In this document: positions 9,459 to 18,446 of the stretch, piece by piece | Numbering within the stretch: position 1 is the stretch's first letter | How the letters are laid out: the number at the start of each line of letters is the position of its first letter | Source: Chloroflexota bacterium | GTDB lineage: Bacteria; Chloroflexota; Dehalococcoidia; Dehalococcoidales; WRFJ01 | Direction of reading: 5' to 3' | NCBI GenBank assembly: GCA_009778865.1 | Contig: WRFJ01000001.1 | Span: 1-26,765 of the forward strand | DNA length: 26,765 nucleotides | Notes under the pieces: model-generated | Seen by the model: the letters and a program-made list of their open reading frames with translations, nothing else | Databases searched by the model: none | Told to the model about the DNA's origin: nothing | Made by a program: the position numbers and the translations under genes

Positions 9459-9507
9459 TTGTTTGAAAATAACTACATGTCCTGTAGCACAATTTATTCA
9501 GTTTTTT

Positions 9508-9549
9508 AACGTAAAATCCTCTAGTTTTGCTGCTAGAGGATTTTACGTT
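9508..9549 (+). terminator. Intrinsic terminator after the island lipoprotein
   Basis: Perfect 17-bp inverted repeat aacgtaaaatcctctag / ctagaggattttacgtt, 8-nt loop, T-rich flanks. Confidence 0.85.
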
Positions 9550-9600
9550 TTGAGGCTGGTTCAGCGTATACTAGTACTCTTCACGTGTGGTTAAGAACCG

Positions 9601-9625
9601 CTCTCTCCGCCATAAGAAAATCAAC
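9601..9625 (+). repeat. Second copy of the tRNA-Ser 3' end (attR-like)
   Basis: Direct repeat of 8911-8935 with one mismatch. Confidence 0.85.
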
Positions 9626-9709
9626 CCTTAAATTTAGCTTTAAAATAGGTATTTTTAGGGATTTTGTTTTTTGGACACACTATAGGACATATTTTTTAGA
9701 CTGTGATAT

Positions 9710-9921
9710 TTATGGCTGAAATAATTCCTTTCTGTGTATTGAGAAAAAATGAGCATAATTACAATGACAGTCTGATTTGCCGGCATTGTACAACTGGACC
9801 ATCTGGTTTTTAAATTCTTCTGAGTAATCCCGTTTCTTTCGTCTTTCTAACATGGTTTGCTCCTTCTTCTGACAGACTATTGTACCTTATTAAATCTGCC
9901 CAATGAAGTATAGCCGGCCCA
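9710..9921 (-). pseudogene. Truncated IS3-family OrfA remnant with probable left inverted repeat
   Basis: 47-aa ORF 9853-9710 MLERRKKRDYSEEFKNQMVQLYNAGKS... matches the IS3 OrfA N-terminus for about 27 aa, then diverges. RBS aaggag upstream; TGGGCCGGCTATACTTCATTGGGCAGA starting at 9921 resembles an IS3 IRL. Confidence 0.65.
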
Positions 9922-10084
9922 AGTTATATGAGCCTGCGATCTGTATCCGAGAGCACTGCGCAACTAAGGCGACTACTCCTGTCTCCATTGTTCTATTCTA
10001 AAATATGTTGGACTTACACAGAAGATTGACACCACTTGATATTAAGTGCCAAAATTGGAAACATTAATAAAATAAGGTGAATTT

Positions 10085-11323
10085 TTGCTCTCTTTCTATG
10101 AATGGACCATAGGCTGCCAAATGAACCGCGCTGAAAGCTTGCGTTTAAGTGCCCGTTTATTTGAAATGGGATACACACGTGCTTTTAGACCAGAGCAAGC
10201 CGATGTTATTTTATTAAACACTTGCGTAGTACGCCAAAACGCTGAAGACAAAGCAGTAAATAAACTGCAAAACCTCAAAGCTTTAAAGAAAAAATACCCG
10301 GAAAAAACCATTGCTCTCAGCGGTTGCTTAGTAGAAAGCGTAGAAACTACTAAAGAACGTTTCCCTTTTGTAGATGTAATATTTAAAGCTGGAGATTGGC
10401 CGCAGGACTGGCTTAAGAGCGTCTATCCATCCCTACCACTTAAAGCTAATATTTCAGAAGCAGTGACCATTATGCAAGGCTGCAACCAGTTCTGCACCTA
10501 CTGTATCGTACCGTATCGCCGTGGCCGTGAACACTCGCGTACTATAGAAGATATAGAAAATGAAGTGCGTGTTCTGGTAGCGCGCGGTGCTTTGGAAATA
10601 GTACTCTTGGGACAGAATGTAGATGCTTACGGACAAAACTTAAAACCGCGGGTAACATTGGCTGATTTATTATGTAAATTAAATAAAATAGAAGGTTTAA
10701 AACGCCTGCGCTTTCTAACTAGCCACCCCAAAGACGTGGACGATAAATTGATAGCGACTATGGCCAGTCTTGACAAAGTATGCCATCAAATAAGTCTGCC
10801 ATCACAAAGCGGTGACAATGAAATCTTACAAAAAATGCGTCGTGGCTATACTATAGAACAATACTGGACTGTTATCTGTAAACTAAAAGAAGCTATGCCC
10901 GATATAGCTCTATCCAACGATATTATTGTAGGATTCCCAGGTGAAAGTCTAAAAGCTTATCAAAACAGCTATGAACATATTCGAAATGGCCGTTTTGACA
11001 CCGTGCATATTGCTGCTTATTCAACACGCAGCGGCACCATTGCCGCCCGCACTATGACAGATGATGTATTAACAAAAGAAAAAGAGCGCCGCTTAAAAGA
11101 ATTGGAAAACTTACAGCAAAACATCTCTCAAGAAATTAATCAATCACTAGTGGACAGTACACAAGAAGTACTTTTCACTGAACTTAAAAATAATAAGTGG
11201 CAAGGACGCACCAAAAATGATAAACTAGTGTTTGTGAATTGTGACGGTAATCTTATCGGACAAACGCGTATGATACATATTACCTGGAGTGGCGCTTGGT
11301 CGCTTAGCGGTAAAATCGTTTAA
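10085..11323 (+). CDS. miaB: tRNA-2-methylthio-N6-dimethylallyladenosine synthase
   Basis: UPF0004 domain TIGCQMN/LNTCVVR/SGC, radical SAM motif GCNQFCTYC, IIVGFPGE and C-terminal TRAM domain. Confidence 0.95.
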   Translation: MLSFYEWTIGCQMNRAESLRLSARLFEMGYTRAFRPEQADVILLNTCVVRQNAEDKAVNKLQNLKALKKKYPEKTIALSGCLVESVETTKERFPFVDVIFKAGDWPQDWLKSVYPSLPLKANISEAVTIMQGCNQFCTYCIVPYRRGREHSRTIEDIENEVRVLVARGALEIVLLGQNVDAYGQNLKPRVTLADLLCKLNKIEGLKRLRFLTSHPKDVDDKLIATMASLDKVCHQISLPSQSGDNEILQKMRRGYTIEQYWTVICKLKEAMPDIALSNDIIVGFPGESLKAYQNSYEHIRNGRFDTVHIAAYSTRSGTIAARTMTDDVLTKEKERRLKELENLQQNISQEINQSLVDSTQEVLFTELKNNKWQGRTKNDKLVFVNCDGNLIGQTRMIHITWSGAWSLSGKIV

Positions 11324-11344
11324 TAATCAGAGGTTAATTGTTAT

Positions 11345-11689
11345 ATGGGAACTCAAGGCTGGGCTATTCTTATAATGCTGGTGGTTTTTGCTTTGGCTTT
11401 TTATTTATTATTGATGCGCCCTCAGCAAAATCAACGCAAAAGGCAAGAAGAAATGATGTTGCAATTTAAACCCGGAGATAAAATTTTCAATACCAGCGGC
11501 ATAATTGGCACTATAGTTAGTATAGACGAAATGACAGTAGTTGTAGAAACTGAAAACGGTGCTGAAATACGCATGCTTAAAGGTGGAATTGCCGGTTATG
11601 TAAATACCATTCCAGGTTTAGCAGAACCACAAGAAGACCAAGATAATGAATCTGCGCATATAGAAAGCGCCGATCAAGAAAATAAATAA
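11345..11689 (+). CDS. yajC: Preprotein translocase subunit YajC
   Basis: Single N-terminal TM helix, RPQQ...KPGDKI..TSGIIG pattern, acidic tail. Confidence 0.9.
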   Translation: MGTQGWAILIMLVVFALAFYLLLMRPQQNQRKRQEEMMLQFKPGDKIFNTSGIIGTIVSIDEMTVVVETENGAEIRMLKGGIAGYVNTIPGLAEPQEDQDNESAHIESADQENK

Positions 11690-11715
11690 TTATCTGAAAC
11701 AAAAAAGGAAAGAAT

Positions 11716-12561
11716 ATGAGTTCTCAAGAATTAGTACAAAAAGCTATTGGTTTGATGATGGAGGAAGAGATTCCTACCAAAGATCTTACTTCGGAAGTGC
11801 TTATACCAGCTAATATGGCTGGTCGTGCCAAAATCATCGCTAGGGATGAATGTATTTTGGCTGGTGGAGAGCTGGCGACTATGATTTATATGCGTCTTGA
11901 CAGTAGCTTAGAGGTTGTGCCGGCCATTTCCGACGGCGAACGCGTTAAACTAGGTGACATCGTTTTGAACTTAAACGGTCGCGTACGTTCTATTTTGCAA
12001 GCCAAAGATATGGTATGTTCTCTTTACGGCCGTCTTTCCGGCATTGCTATGGAAGCTGAAAAATATGTTAAAGCCGTAGAAGGTACCGGCACTGAAATTA
12101 TGGATACTCGTCTTACCGCTCCCGGCATGCGCATGCTGGATAAATATGCCGCCTATGCTGGTGGCTCTCACACTAACCCACCCACTCTTTCTTCGGCTTT
12201 TGTTATCACTAAAAATCATTATTTAGCTTTAAAAGCCAAAAACAAAGGCTTAAAAGAGGCTGTTAAAGAATGTCGTGACTTCTCGACTTCACCTATTAAA
12301 ATCTATATTGAAGTAACTGATGTCACTATGGCCAATGACGCCATAGAAGCCAAGCCTGATTTTATTATTTTCAAAGATATGCTGGATCTACCAGAAATTG
12401 CCGCTTTACAAAAAATTATGCCAGAAACAATTAAGACCCAGTATTATGGCCCACTTAATCTAGAAACCGTGCGCGCTATTGCTAATACCGGCGTTAACCA
12501 AATCGCCGTGCCACAGATAACTACTGAGTTTAGACTGCAGAAATTTGATCTTTCTTTCTAA
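11716..12561 (+). CDS. nadC: NadC (quinolinate phosphoribosyltransferase)-like protein with degenerate active site
   Basis: Full-length two-domain NadC pattern (DLTS, ILAG, RLSGIA, DTR, KYA, GG, NH), but canonical TRKT, HR, KxNH, LDN and SGG motifs are replaced. Confidence 0.75.
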   Translation: MSSQELVQKAIGLMMEEEIPTKDLTSEVLIPANMAGRAKIIARDECILAGGELATMIYMRLDSSLEVVPAISDGERVKLGDIVLNLNGRVRSILQAKDMVCSLYGRLSGIAMEAEKYVKAVEGTGTEIMDTRLTAPGMRMLDKYAAYAGGSHTNPPTLSSAFVITKNHYLALKAKNKGLKEAVKECRDFSTSPIKIYIEVTDVTMANDAIEAKPDFIIFKDMLDLPEIAALQKIMPETIKTQYYGPLNLETVRAIANTGVNQIAVPQITTEFRLQKFDLSF

Positions 12562-12578
12562 AAACAACCTATGATTTA

Positions 12579-12603
12579 AACCCCGCTCATAAAAAGCGGG
12601 GTT
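12579..12603 (+). terminator. Terminator ending the miaB-yajC-nadC-like unit
   Basis: 9-bp GC-rich stem aaccccgct / agcggggtt, 7-nt loop, followed by a T-rich tract. Confidence 0.7.
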
Positions 12604-12704
12604 ATCTTTACTATTAGCTAAAACATGGCAACAAGACATTTTTTATAACAACCAGCTATCTTTTCTATAAATTTTACGATATACTTTTAAGCACGGAGTA
12701 AAAA

Positions 12705-13247
12705 TTGGAAAACGAAAATCTTGTCATCGACCGTGTTAAAAAAGGTGATAAAAGTGCTAGCGGCGAGCTTTACAATGCTTATTTCGACCACATATATCGT
12801 TACCTTTTCCTCAAGCTCAATGACCGCCAAGAAGCCGAAGATATGACTCAAAGCGTATTTATATTGGCTTTAAAAAACATCAATTCCTACCACGAACGCG
12901 ATGGCGCTTGCTTTTCTTCTTGGCTCTACAGAATCGCACATAATCAGTATATTGATGCATTGCGCAAGAAAAATAAGGTTTATCACACTTCAATAGATGA
13001 AGCTTATGATTTATCCAGTAATGAAGTGTCGGCACAAGAAAAGATAGAGAGAAAAGAACAAGTTGCTCATATACTTAAAGCTTTTAAAAACTTAACCGAC
13101 GCACAACAAGAGGTGGTAGCTTTACGTTTTGGCCGCGAGTTGTCTTTGGCGCAAACAGCACAGATTATGGGTAAAAGTGAAGGGGCAATAAAGGCTTTGC
13201 AACGTGCTGCTGTCAAGTCTTTACAAAAAAAGTCACATGAACAATAA
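12705..13247 (+). CDS. ECF-type RNA polymerase sigma-70 factor
   Basis: Region 2 (AEDMTQSVF, FSSWLYRIAHN) and region 4 (LTDAQQEVVALRF...SLAQTAQIMGKSEGAIK); TTG start after RBS ggag. Confidence 0.93.
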   Translation: MENENLVIDRVKKGDKSASGELYNAYFDHIYRYLFLKLNDRQEAEDMTQSVFILALKNINSYHERDGACFSSWLYRIAHNQYIDALRKKNKVYHTSIDEAYDLSSNEVSAQEKIERKEQVAHILKAFKNLTDAQQEVVALRFGRELSLAQTAQIMGKSEGAIKALQRAAVKSLQKKSHEQ

Positions 13248-14025
13248 CTTACAAAACGCTAACGATATTGATCAAGCTTTTGAAGATTGTTTAGATATGC
13301 TAAACAACGGTGCTTCTTTGGAAGATTGCCTTAGCCTTTACCCGCAATATACCGACCAATTGTCGCCTATGCTAAAAACTGCCCGCCTAACACACGATGT
13401 TTACAACGAGATTAAGCCTTTAACTGGCAGCCAAACCCGTATTCAAGTGGCAGTCATGCAAGCTGTCTATCCGCAAAAAAATAATGCCGAAAGCTTTTTC
13501 AGAAAGATGTTTAGGACACCGGCTGTAGTTTTTTCAATTGTCGCTTTATTGATATTTATTGTAGGCGGCAGCGCCTTGGCTGCCATATCGCAAAACACCA
13601 TGCCAGATAATGCACTCTACAGCATCAAGCGCACAAGTGAAAATATAGAGTTGTTCTTCAATTTCACAGATAACGGCAAAGCTAGTCAATCATATAAAAT
13701 GGCTGAACGCCGAGCCGATGAACTAGTTTACGCCATAAGTCATAATGATGCCAAAGCCGCCACCGCCATCTTTAACGACTTCAAAAAATATTATTACATG
13801 CATATGTTATACACTACCGGTGTAAAACCGCAAACATTTGATTACTACAAAATTAATTCTCTAGTCTTAAATACAGCTATGAGGGATTATAATTTAAGGC
13901 TGTATTTAAAGCAAGCACTAGCTGTAGCTAATGTATATTTAAGTTTACAGCGTGACTACAACATGATAGACAGCGCTGCCTTTATCAGTATTACCCATGA
14001 TTTGACAATTATTTTAGCAAATTAA
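13237..14025 (+). CDS. Putative membrane-anchored anti-sigma factor with DUF5667 domain (likely start MNNN at 13237)
   Basis: Overlaps the sigma stop; N-terminal FEDCL...LEDCLSLYP..L.PML; one TM helix; MPDNALYSIKR..E...AERRADE resembling DUF5667. Confidence 0.75.
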   Translation: MNNNLQNANDIDQAFEDCLDMLNNGASLEDCLSLYPQYTDQLSPMLKTARLTHDVYNEIKPLTGSQTRIQVAVMQAVYPQKNNAESFFRKMFRTPAVVFSIVALLIFIVGGSALAAISQNTMPDNALYSIKRTSENIELFFNFTDNGKASQSYKMAERRADELVYAISHNDAKAATAIFNDFKKYYYMHMLYTTGVKPQTFDYYKINSLVLNTAMRDYNLRLYLKQALAVANVYLSLQRDYNMIDSAAFISITHDLTIILAN

Positions 14026-14142
14026 TGGAAGTCAATTCAGATAAAGCTTTCTTAGTATATCCTGAACTTCAAAAAGCAAAGAAAATAACAAAAAACCTTC
14101 TATGGTAAAATGAAAAACACCGTAGAAAGCTTTTATGTTATA

Positions 14143-14172
14143 TTGACATGGTAAAAAGACAGCTACTATACT
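14143..14172 (+). promoter_or_regulatory. Sigma70-type promoter of the ispH-leuS unit
   Basis: TTGACA (14143-14148) - 18 nt - TATACT (14167-14172). Confidence 0.7.
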
Positions 14173-14203
14173 TAAAATAATTGCGCTTAACGAGGAATTG
14201 ATT

Positions 14204-15052
14204 TTGAATAAAGAAATAAGAAAGGCGCAAAACATAGGCTTATGTTTTGGCGTTACCTGTGCTTTGCAGGCAGTACATGAATATGCTAAAGACCATAAGG
14301 TAATCGTTACCTGGGGTGATGTAGTGCACAACAGTCTAGTAATGGACGGCCTAAAGCAAATGGGCGTGCAAGTGGTGGCCGCTATTAATGATATTAAAAG
14401 CAGTCATATTATTATCCCCGCTCACGGTGTTTCTCCGAATATCATACAGGCTTTTAACGAGCGTCGTATCAATATAATAGATACTACATGCCCTTTTGTG
14501 TGCCGCGCCCAGAAAACTGCTTCGGCCTATGGTAAAAAAGGTTTTTTCACCATAGTTTACGGTGATAAAAATCACGCCGAGGTTAAAGGTATATTGGGTT
14601 GGTCCGGAGAACGCTCTCTGGCTACCAAAGATATAAGCGAATTAAAAAAGATACTTAATCTACCTCTAAAAATAGGACTGCTATCGCAAACTACTCAAAA
14701 ACCCAGTGATTTTATCACTTTTTGCCAACAAGTAACCGAACTAGCCTATACTAAAGATAGTCGTATATACATCACCGATACTATATGCCATGATATACGC
14801 AAACGCCAACAAGCAGCTTCCGAACTGGCTCAATGGGCCGATATGGTGGTTGTTATAGGTTCGCCTAACTCGGCTAATACCCAAAACCTGCTGCAATTAT
14901 GCTCTTCCATTACCCATGCCATACAAGTGGAAAAAGCCGCCGACTTAATTGCCGATATGGTAGCTGGTTACCAAAAAATAGGCGTGGCTGCCGGCGCTTC
15001 TACCGATGATGCTGCTATAAACGGTGTCTACGAAAAATTAAAGAGTTTTTAG
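14204..15052 (+). CDS. ispH: 4-hydroxy-3-methylbut-2-enyl diphosphate reductase (start TTG at 14204 preferred to 14198 by RBS spacing)
   Basis: Three cluster Cys in GLCFGV, TTCPFV and DTICHD; VVHN, AHG, SQTT, SANT and AGAST motifs. Confidence 0.95.
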   Translation: MNKEIRKAQNIGLCFGVTCALQAVHEYAKDHKVIVTWGDVVHNSLVMDGLKQMGVQVVAAINDIKSSHIIIPAHGVSPNIIQAFNERRINIIDTTCPFVCRAQKTASAYGKKGFFTIVYGDKNHAEVKGILGWSGERSLATKDISELKKILNLPLKIGLLSQTTQKPSDFITFCQQVTELAYTKDSRIYITDTICHDIRKRQQAASELAQWADMVVVIGSPNSANTQNLLQLCSSITHAIQVEKAADLIADMVAGYQKIGVAAGASTDDAAINGVYEKLKSF

Positions 15053-15117
15053 CCTTGTTTTTGCTTACCTAAAAATAGTAATATTGAGTGATATTTAACT
15101 CTAAACAGAGAGAAATT

Positions 15118-17553
15118 ATGTATGATCCTACACAAATTGAGAAAAAATGGCAGGCACAATGGGAGCAAGACGCTCTCTATCTTGTAAATGACGATGATGC
15201 TTCCCCAAAATGGTATTCGCTGACCATGTTTCCTTATACCTCAGGTGATTTACATATCGGTCATTGGTATGCCGAAGCTCCGGCTGATACTTACGCCAGG
15301 TATAAGCGCATGTGCGGATATAATGTATTGCGCCCTATCGGTTTTGATGCCTTTGGTTTACCTGCTGAAAATGCTGCTATCAAACGCGGTATCCATCCCC
15401 GTGAGTGGACACTTGGTAATATAGCTAACATGACACGTCAATTAAAAAGCATGGGTTCTTGTTATGACTGGAACCGTGAAGTAGTGACTTGTTTATCTGA
15501 TTATTACCGATGGACACAATGGTTTTTCTTAAAACTATTTAAAGAAAATTTGGCTTATCGTAAAAAGGCTCCGGTCAACTGGTGTCCATCCTGCCAAGCA
15601 GTGCTGGCCAACGAACAGGTAGAAGATGGTAAATGCTGGAGATGCGAAAGCCAAGTGATACAAAAAGATTTAGAGCAATGGTTTTTCGGCATTACTAAAT
15701 ACGCCGCTGAACTGGCTAATCATGAAGGTATTGACTGGCCGGAAAAAATAAAAATAATGCAAAGAAACTGGGTGGGCCGCTCAGAGGGAGCCGATATATC
15801 CTTTCTCTTGGAAAAACCTGCTAAAGAATATGATAGCATAAAAATATTTACCACCCGCCCCGATACTGCTTACGGTGTAACTTTTATGACCATAGCTCCC
15901 GAGCATCCCATGGTAGAATATATTACAACTCCTGAACAAAAAGAAGAGGTAACTGCCTATCAACAAAGAAGCCGCGAAAAAAATGACATTGAGCGTCTTT
16001 CTACCGAAAAAGAAAAAGATGGCGTATTTACTGGTGCTTATTGTTACAACCCTTTAAACGATGACAAAATACCGGTATATATTGGTGATTATGTATTGAT
16101 TAGTTATGGTACCGGTGCCGTAATGGCTGTACCGGCCCATGATACTCGTGATTTTGCTTTTGCCAAAAAATATAATTTACCTATCAAAGTAGTGATTGCT
16201 TCCCCCAACTATAACGGAGAAGAACTGTCGCAAGCTTATATTGAATCCGGCTCTTTAATTAACTCTGGCCGTTTTGATAGTATGAACAGTGAAGAAGCTA
16301 AAAAAGCCATTGCCGAATATTTGACCGTGCTCGGTAAAGGCGGTCCTTCTGTAAATTATAAATTGCGCGACTGGCTTATTTCTCGGCAGCGCTATTGGGG
16401 AGCACCTATTCCCATCGTATATTGCAATAGTTGCGGCTTAGTACCTGTTAACGAAGAAGAGCTGCCGGTATTATTACCAGAAAAAGCTGAGTTCAAACTG
16501 ACCGGAGAAAACCCGTTAAAATACAATGAAGAATTTGTAAATACTACCTGCCCCAAATGCAATCGGCTAGCCAAACGCGAAACCGACACGATGGATACTT
16601 TTATGTGTTCATCGTGGTATTTTATGCGCTACACTAGTCCCCACTCACCAGACGCTCCGTTTTATAAAGAAAATGTAGAGAAATGGATGCCGGTAGATCT
16701 TTATACAGGTGGTGCCGAACATGCTGTAATGCATCTTTTCTATGCACGCTTTTTGACCAAAGCCTTACGCGATATGGGTTATGTTAATTTTAGCGAACCT
16801 TTCAGCCGCTTATTTAACCAAGGACTGATTTTAGCTCAAGGTGGCGGCAAAATGAGTAAGTCTAAAGGCAATACCGTCACCCCTGATGATCTCGTAATTA
16901 GAGTTGGCGCCGATGCCGTACGAGCTTTTTTGATGTTTATCGGCCCATGGGACCAAGGCGGCGAGTGGAACGATGCTGGATTAAACGGTATAAGCAGATG
17001 GCTACAGCGCATATGGAGCTTGGTCATTGAAAACTATCAAGAACAGACATTAAATGAGAAGGACACACGTGACTTTGTACGCGCAATGCACCGCACTATT
17101 GCTAAAGTGGGTGATGATCTAGAAAAATTGCGTTTTAACACTATGCTGGCTACGCTGATGGAATATTCGAATTATCTAAACAAAGTAAAAACTGCCGGCA
17201 GTGTGCCCTATTTTATTTGGCAAGAAGCTATGAAAAATTTGATATTGATGCTAGCACCATCCACTCCGCATATTACTGAGGAAATGTGGCAGATTAAGGG
17301 CCAACTTTACTCGGTGCACCAACAGGCTTTCCCACAATATGATGCTGAATTAGCTACCGAAGAGGAAATCACTTTGGTGGTGCAAATAAACGGCAGAGTA
17401 CGCGATAAAATTAACGCTCCTATTGGTCTTACCGCTCAGCAAGCCGAAGATCTAGCACGTAGTAGTGAAAAAATCTTAAGTTTTACCGAGGGACGCCAAA
17501 TAGAAAAAGTCATCTATGTTGCAGGACGGCTTTTAAATATTGTGGTAAAATAG
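15118..17553 (+). CDS. leuS: Leucine--tRNA ligase (likely start MYDP at 15118; ORF track GTG at 15088)
   Basis: MFPYTSGDLHIGH, TTRPDT editing domain, DWLISRQRYWG, KMSKSKGN and C-terminal VVQINGRVR. Confidence 0.97.
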   Translation: MYDPTQIEKKWQAQWEQDALYLVNDDDASPKWYSLTMFPYTSGDLHIGHWYAEAPADTYARYKRMCGYNVLRPIGFDAFGLPAENAAIKRGIHPREWTLGNIANMTRQLKSMGSCYDWNREVVTCLSDYYRWTQWFFLKLFKENLAYRKKAPVNWCPSCQAVLANEQVEDGKCWRCESQVIQKDLEQWFFGITKYAAELANHEGIDWPEKIKIMQRNWVGRSEGADISFLLEKPAKEYDSIKIFTTRPDTAYGVTFMTIAPEHPMVEYITTPEQKEEVTAYQQRSREKNDIERLSTEKEKDGVFTGAYCYNPLNDDKIPVYIGDYVLISYGTGAVMAVPAHDTRDFAFAKKYNLPIKVVIASPNYNGEELSQAYIESGSLINSGRFDSMNSEEAKKAIAEYLTVLGKGGPSVNYKLRDWLISRQRYWGAPIPIVYCNSCGLVPVNEEELPVLLPEKAEFKLTGENPLKYNEEFVNTTCPKCNRLAKRETDTMDTFMCSSWYFMRYTSPHSPDAPFYKENVEKWMPVDLYTGGAEHAVMHLFYARFLTKALRDMGYVNFSEPFSRLFNQGLILAQGGGKMSKSKGNTVTPDDLVIRVGADAVRAFLMFIGPWDQGGEWNDAGLNGISRWLQRIWSLVIENYQEQTLNEKDTRDFVRAMHRTIAKVGDDLEKLRFNTMLATLMEYSNYLNKVKTAGSVPYFIWQEAMKNLILMLAPSTPHITEEMWQIKGQLYSVHQQAFPQYDAELATEEEITLVVQINGRVRDKINAPIGLTAQQAEDLARSSEKILSFTEGRQIEKVIYVAGRLLNIVVK

Positions 17554-17625
17554 TAGGAAAAGGGCTTGTTCTACAATAAAGTTGGGCTCTTTTTAAATAA
17601 CATTCTTTATAGTTAGAGAACTAAA

Positions 17626-18432
17626 ATGAAAATAGCTTTTATCGGCTGCGGCAATATGGGCAAAGCTATCATCAGCGGTTTAAAAAACAATCGCACTAAT
17701 ATCCCTTTTGAATTTACCATCAGTGCTTTTGATCCTCTGCAAGAGGAACTTAAAGTTTTTGCTAAAGAATACGGCATAGAAGCTACTACCACTAATCTGC
17801 AGGCCATAGACAATGCCGACATCATAGTACTAGCTGTAAAACCGCAAAGCATAGAACAGGTATTACCTCCTTTAAAGGGGCATATTAAAAACTTAGCATT
17901 AATTGTAAGTATCTGCGCCGGTGTACCTATCAAGAAAATCCAGAATTTGAGCGGACACCAAGCCATAGTACGTGCCATGCCCAATACACCGGCGCAGATA
18001 GGACAAAGCAACACCGTATGGACTTCTAGTTCCATAAATAATGAACAAGAAATGTGGGCTTTAAATGTATTAAAGGCCATCGGTATTAGTCATTTTGTAG
18101 GTAGCGAAGATAATATAGATAAAGCCACGGCTATTTCTGGTAGCGGTCCGGCTTATGTTTTTTATTTTACCGAATGTTTGGTTAAAGCAGCTTTGGAGTT
18201 GGGTTTTGACGAAGAAATGGCCACAACTCTAGCCATCAATACTGTAGCTGGTGCCGCCAGTTATGCACAAAACAGTACGCTGGAACTGTCTAAACTGCGT
18301 GAAAACGTTACCAGTAAAGGCGGTACTACCGAAGCAGCTTTAAAAATATTTGACGAACAAGGCTTAGAAAGTATTACTATAGAAGCAGCTAAAGCCGCTT
18401 ATCGCCGTGCCCGGGAATTGAGTGTTATTTAG
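17626..18432 (+). CDS. proC: Pyrroline-5-carboxylate reductase
   Basis: FIGCGNMG Rossmann motif, LAVKPQ, RAMPNT, SGSGPAY and VTSKGGTT. Confidence 0.96.
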   Translation: MKIAFIGCGNMGKAIISGLKNNRTNIPFEFTISAFDPLQEELKVFAKEYGIEATTTNLQAIDNADIIVLAVKPQSIEQVLPPLKGHIKNLALIVSICAGVPIKKIQNLSGHQAIVRAMPNTPAQIGQSNTVWTSSSINNEQEMWALNVLKAIGISHFVGSEDNIDKATAISGSGPAYVFYFTECLVKAALELGFDEEMATTLAINTVAGAASYAQNSTLELSKLRENVTSKGGTTEAALKIFDEQGLESITIEAAKAAYRRARELSVI

Positions 18433-18446
18433 GAGTAATTTCTATC

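Larger units (their letters stand above)
8911..9625 (+). mobile_element. Mini-island bounded by a duplicated tRNA-Ser 3' end (attL/attR-like), no integrase inside
   Basis: ctctctccgccataagaaaa is identical at 8911-8930 and 9601-9620 and extends to 24/25 nt (…aaaa[c/t]caac); repeat period 690 bp. Confidence 0.75.

Noticed and set aside
9925-10020. Possible second yybP-ykoY riboswitch (GGAGTAG on the minus strand), group II intron domain V, or another IS end
   Set aside because: Lacks the other conserved riboswitch elements and a proper domain V stem; the IS-end resemblance (aaaatatgttggac) is too short to support.
10026-10055. TTGACA with a cactt/aagtg palindrome upstream of miaB as a MerR-type operator
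   Set aside because: Only 5-bp arms, a poor -10 and no 19-nt spacing; could be an ordinary weak promoter.
14032-14331. 99-aa minus-strand ORF spanning the ispH promoter
   Set aside because: Overlaps ispH and its promoter in antisense; no recognisable features.
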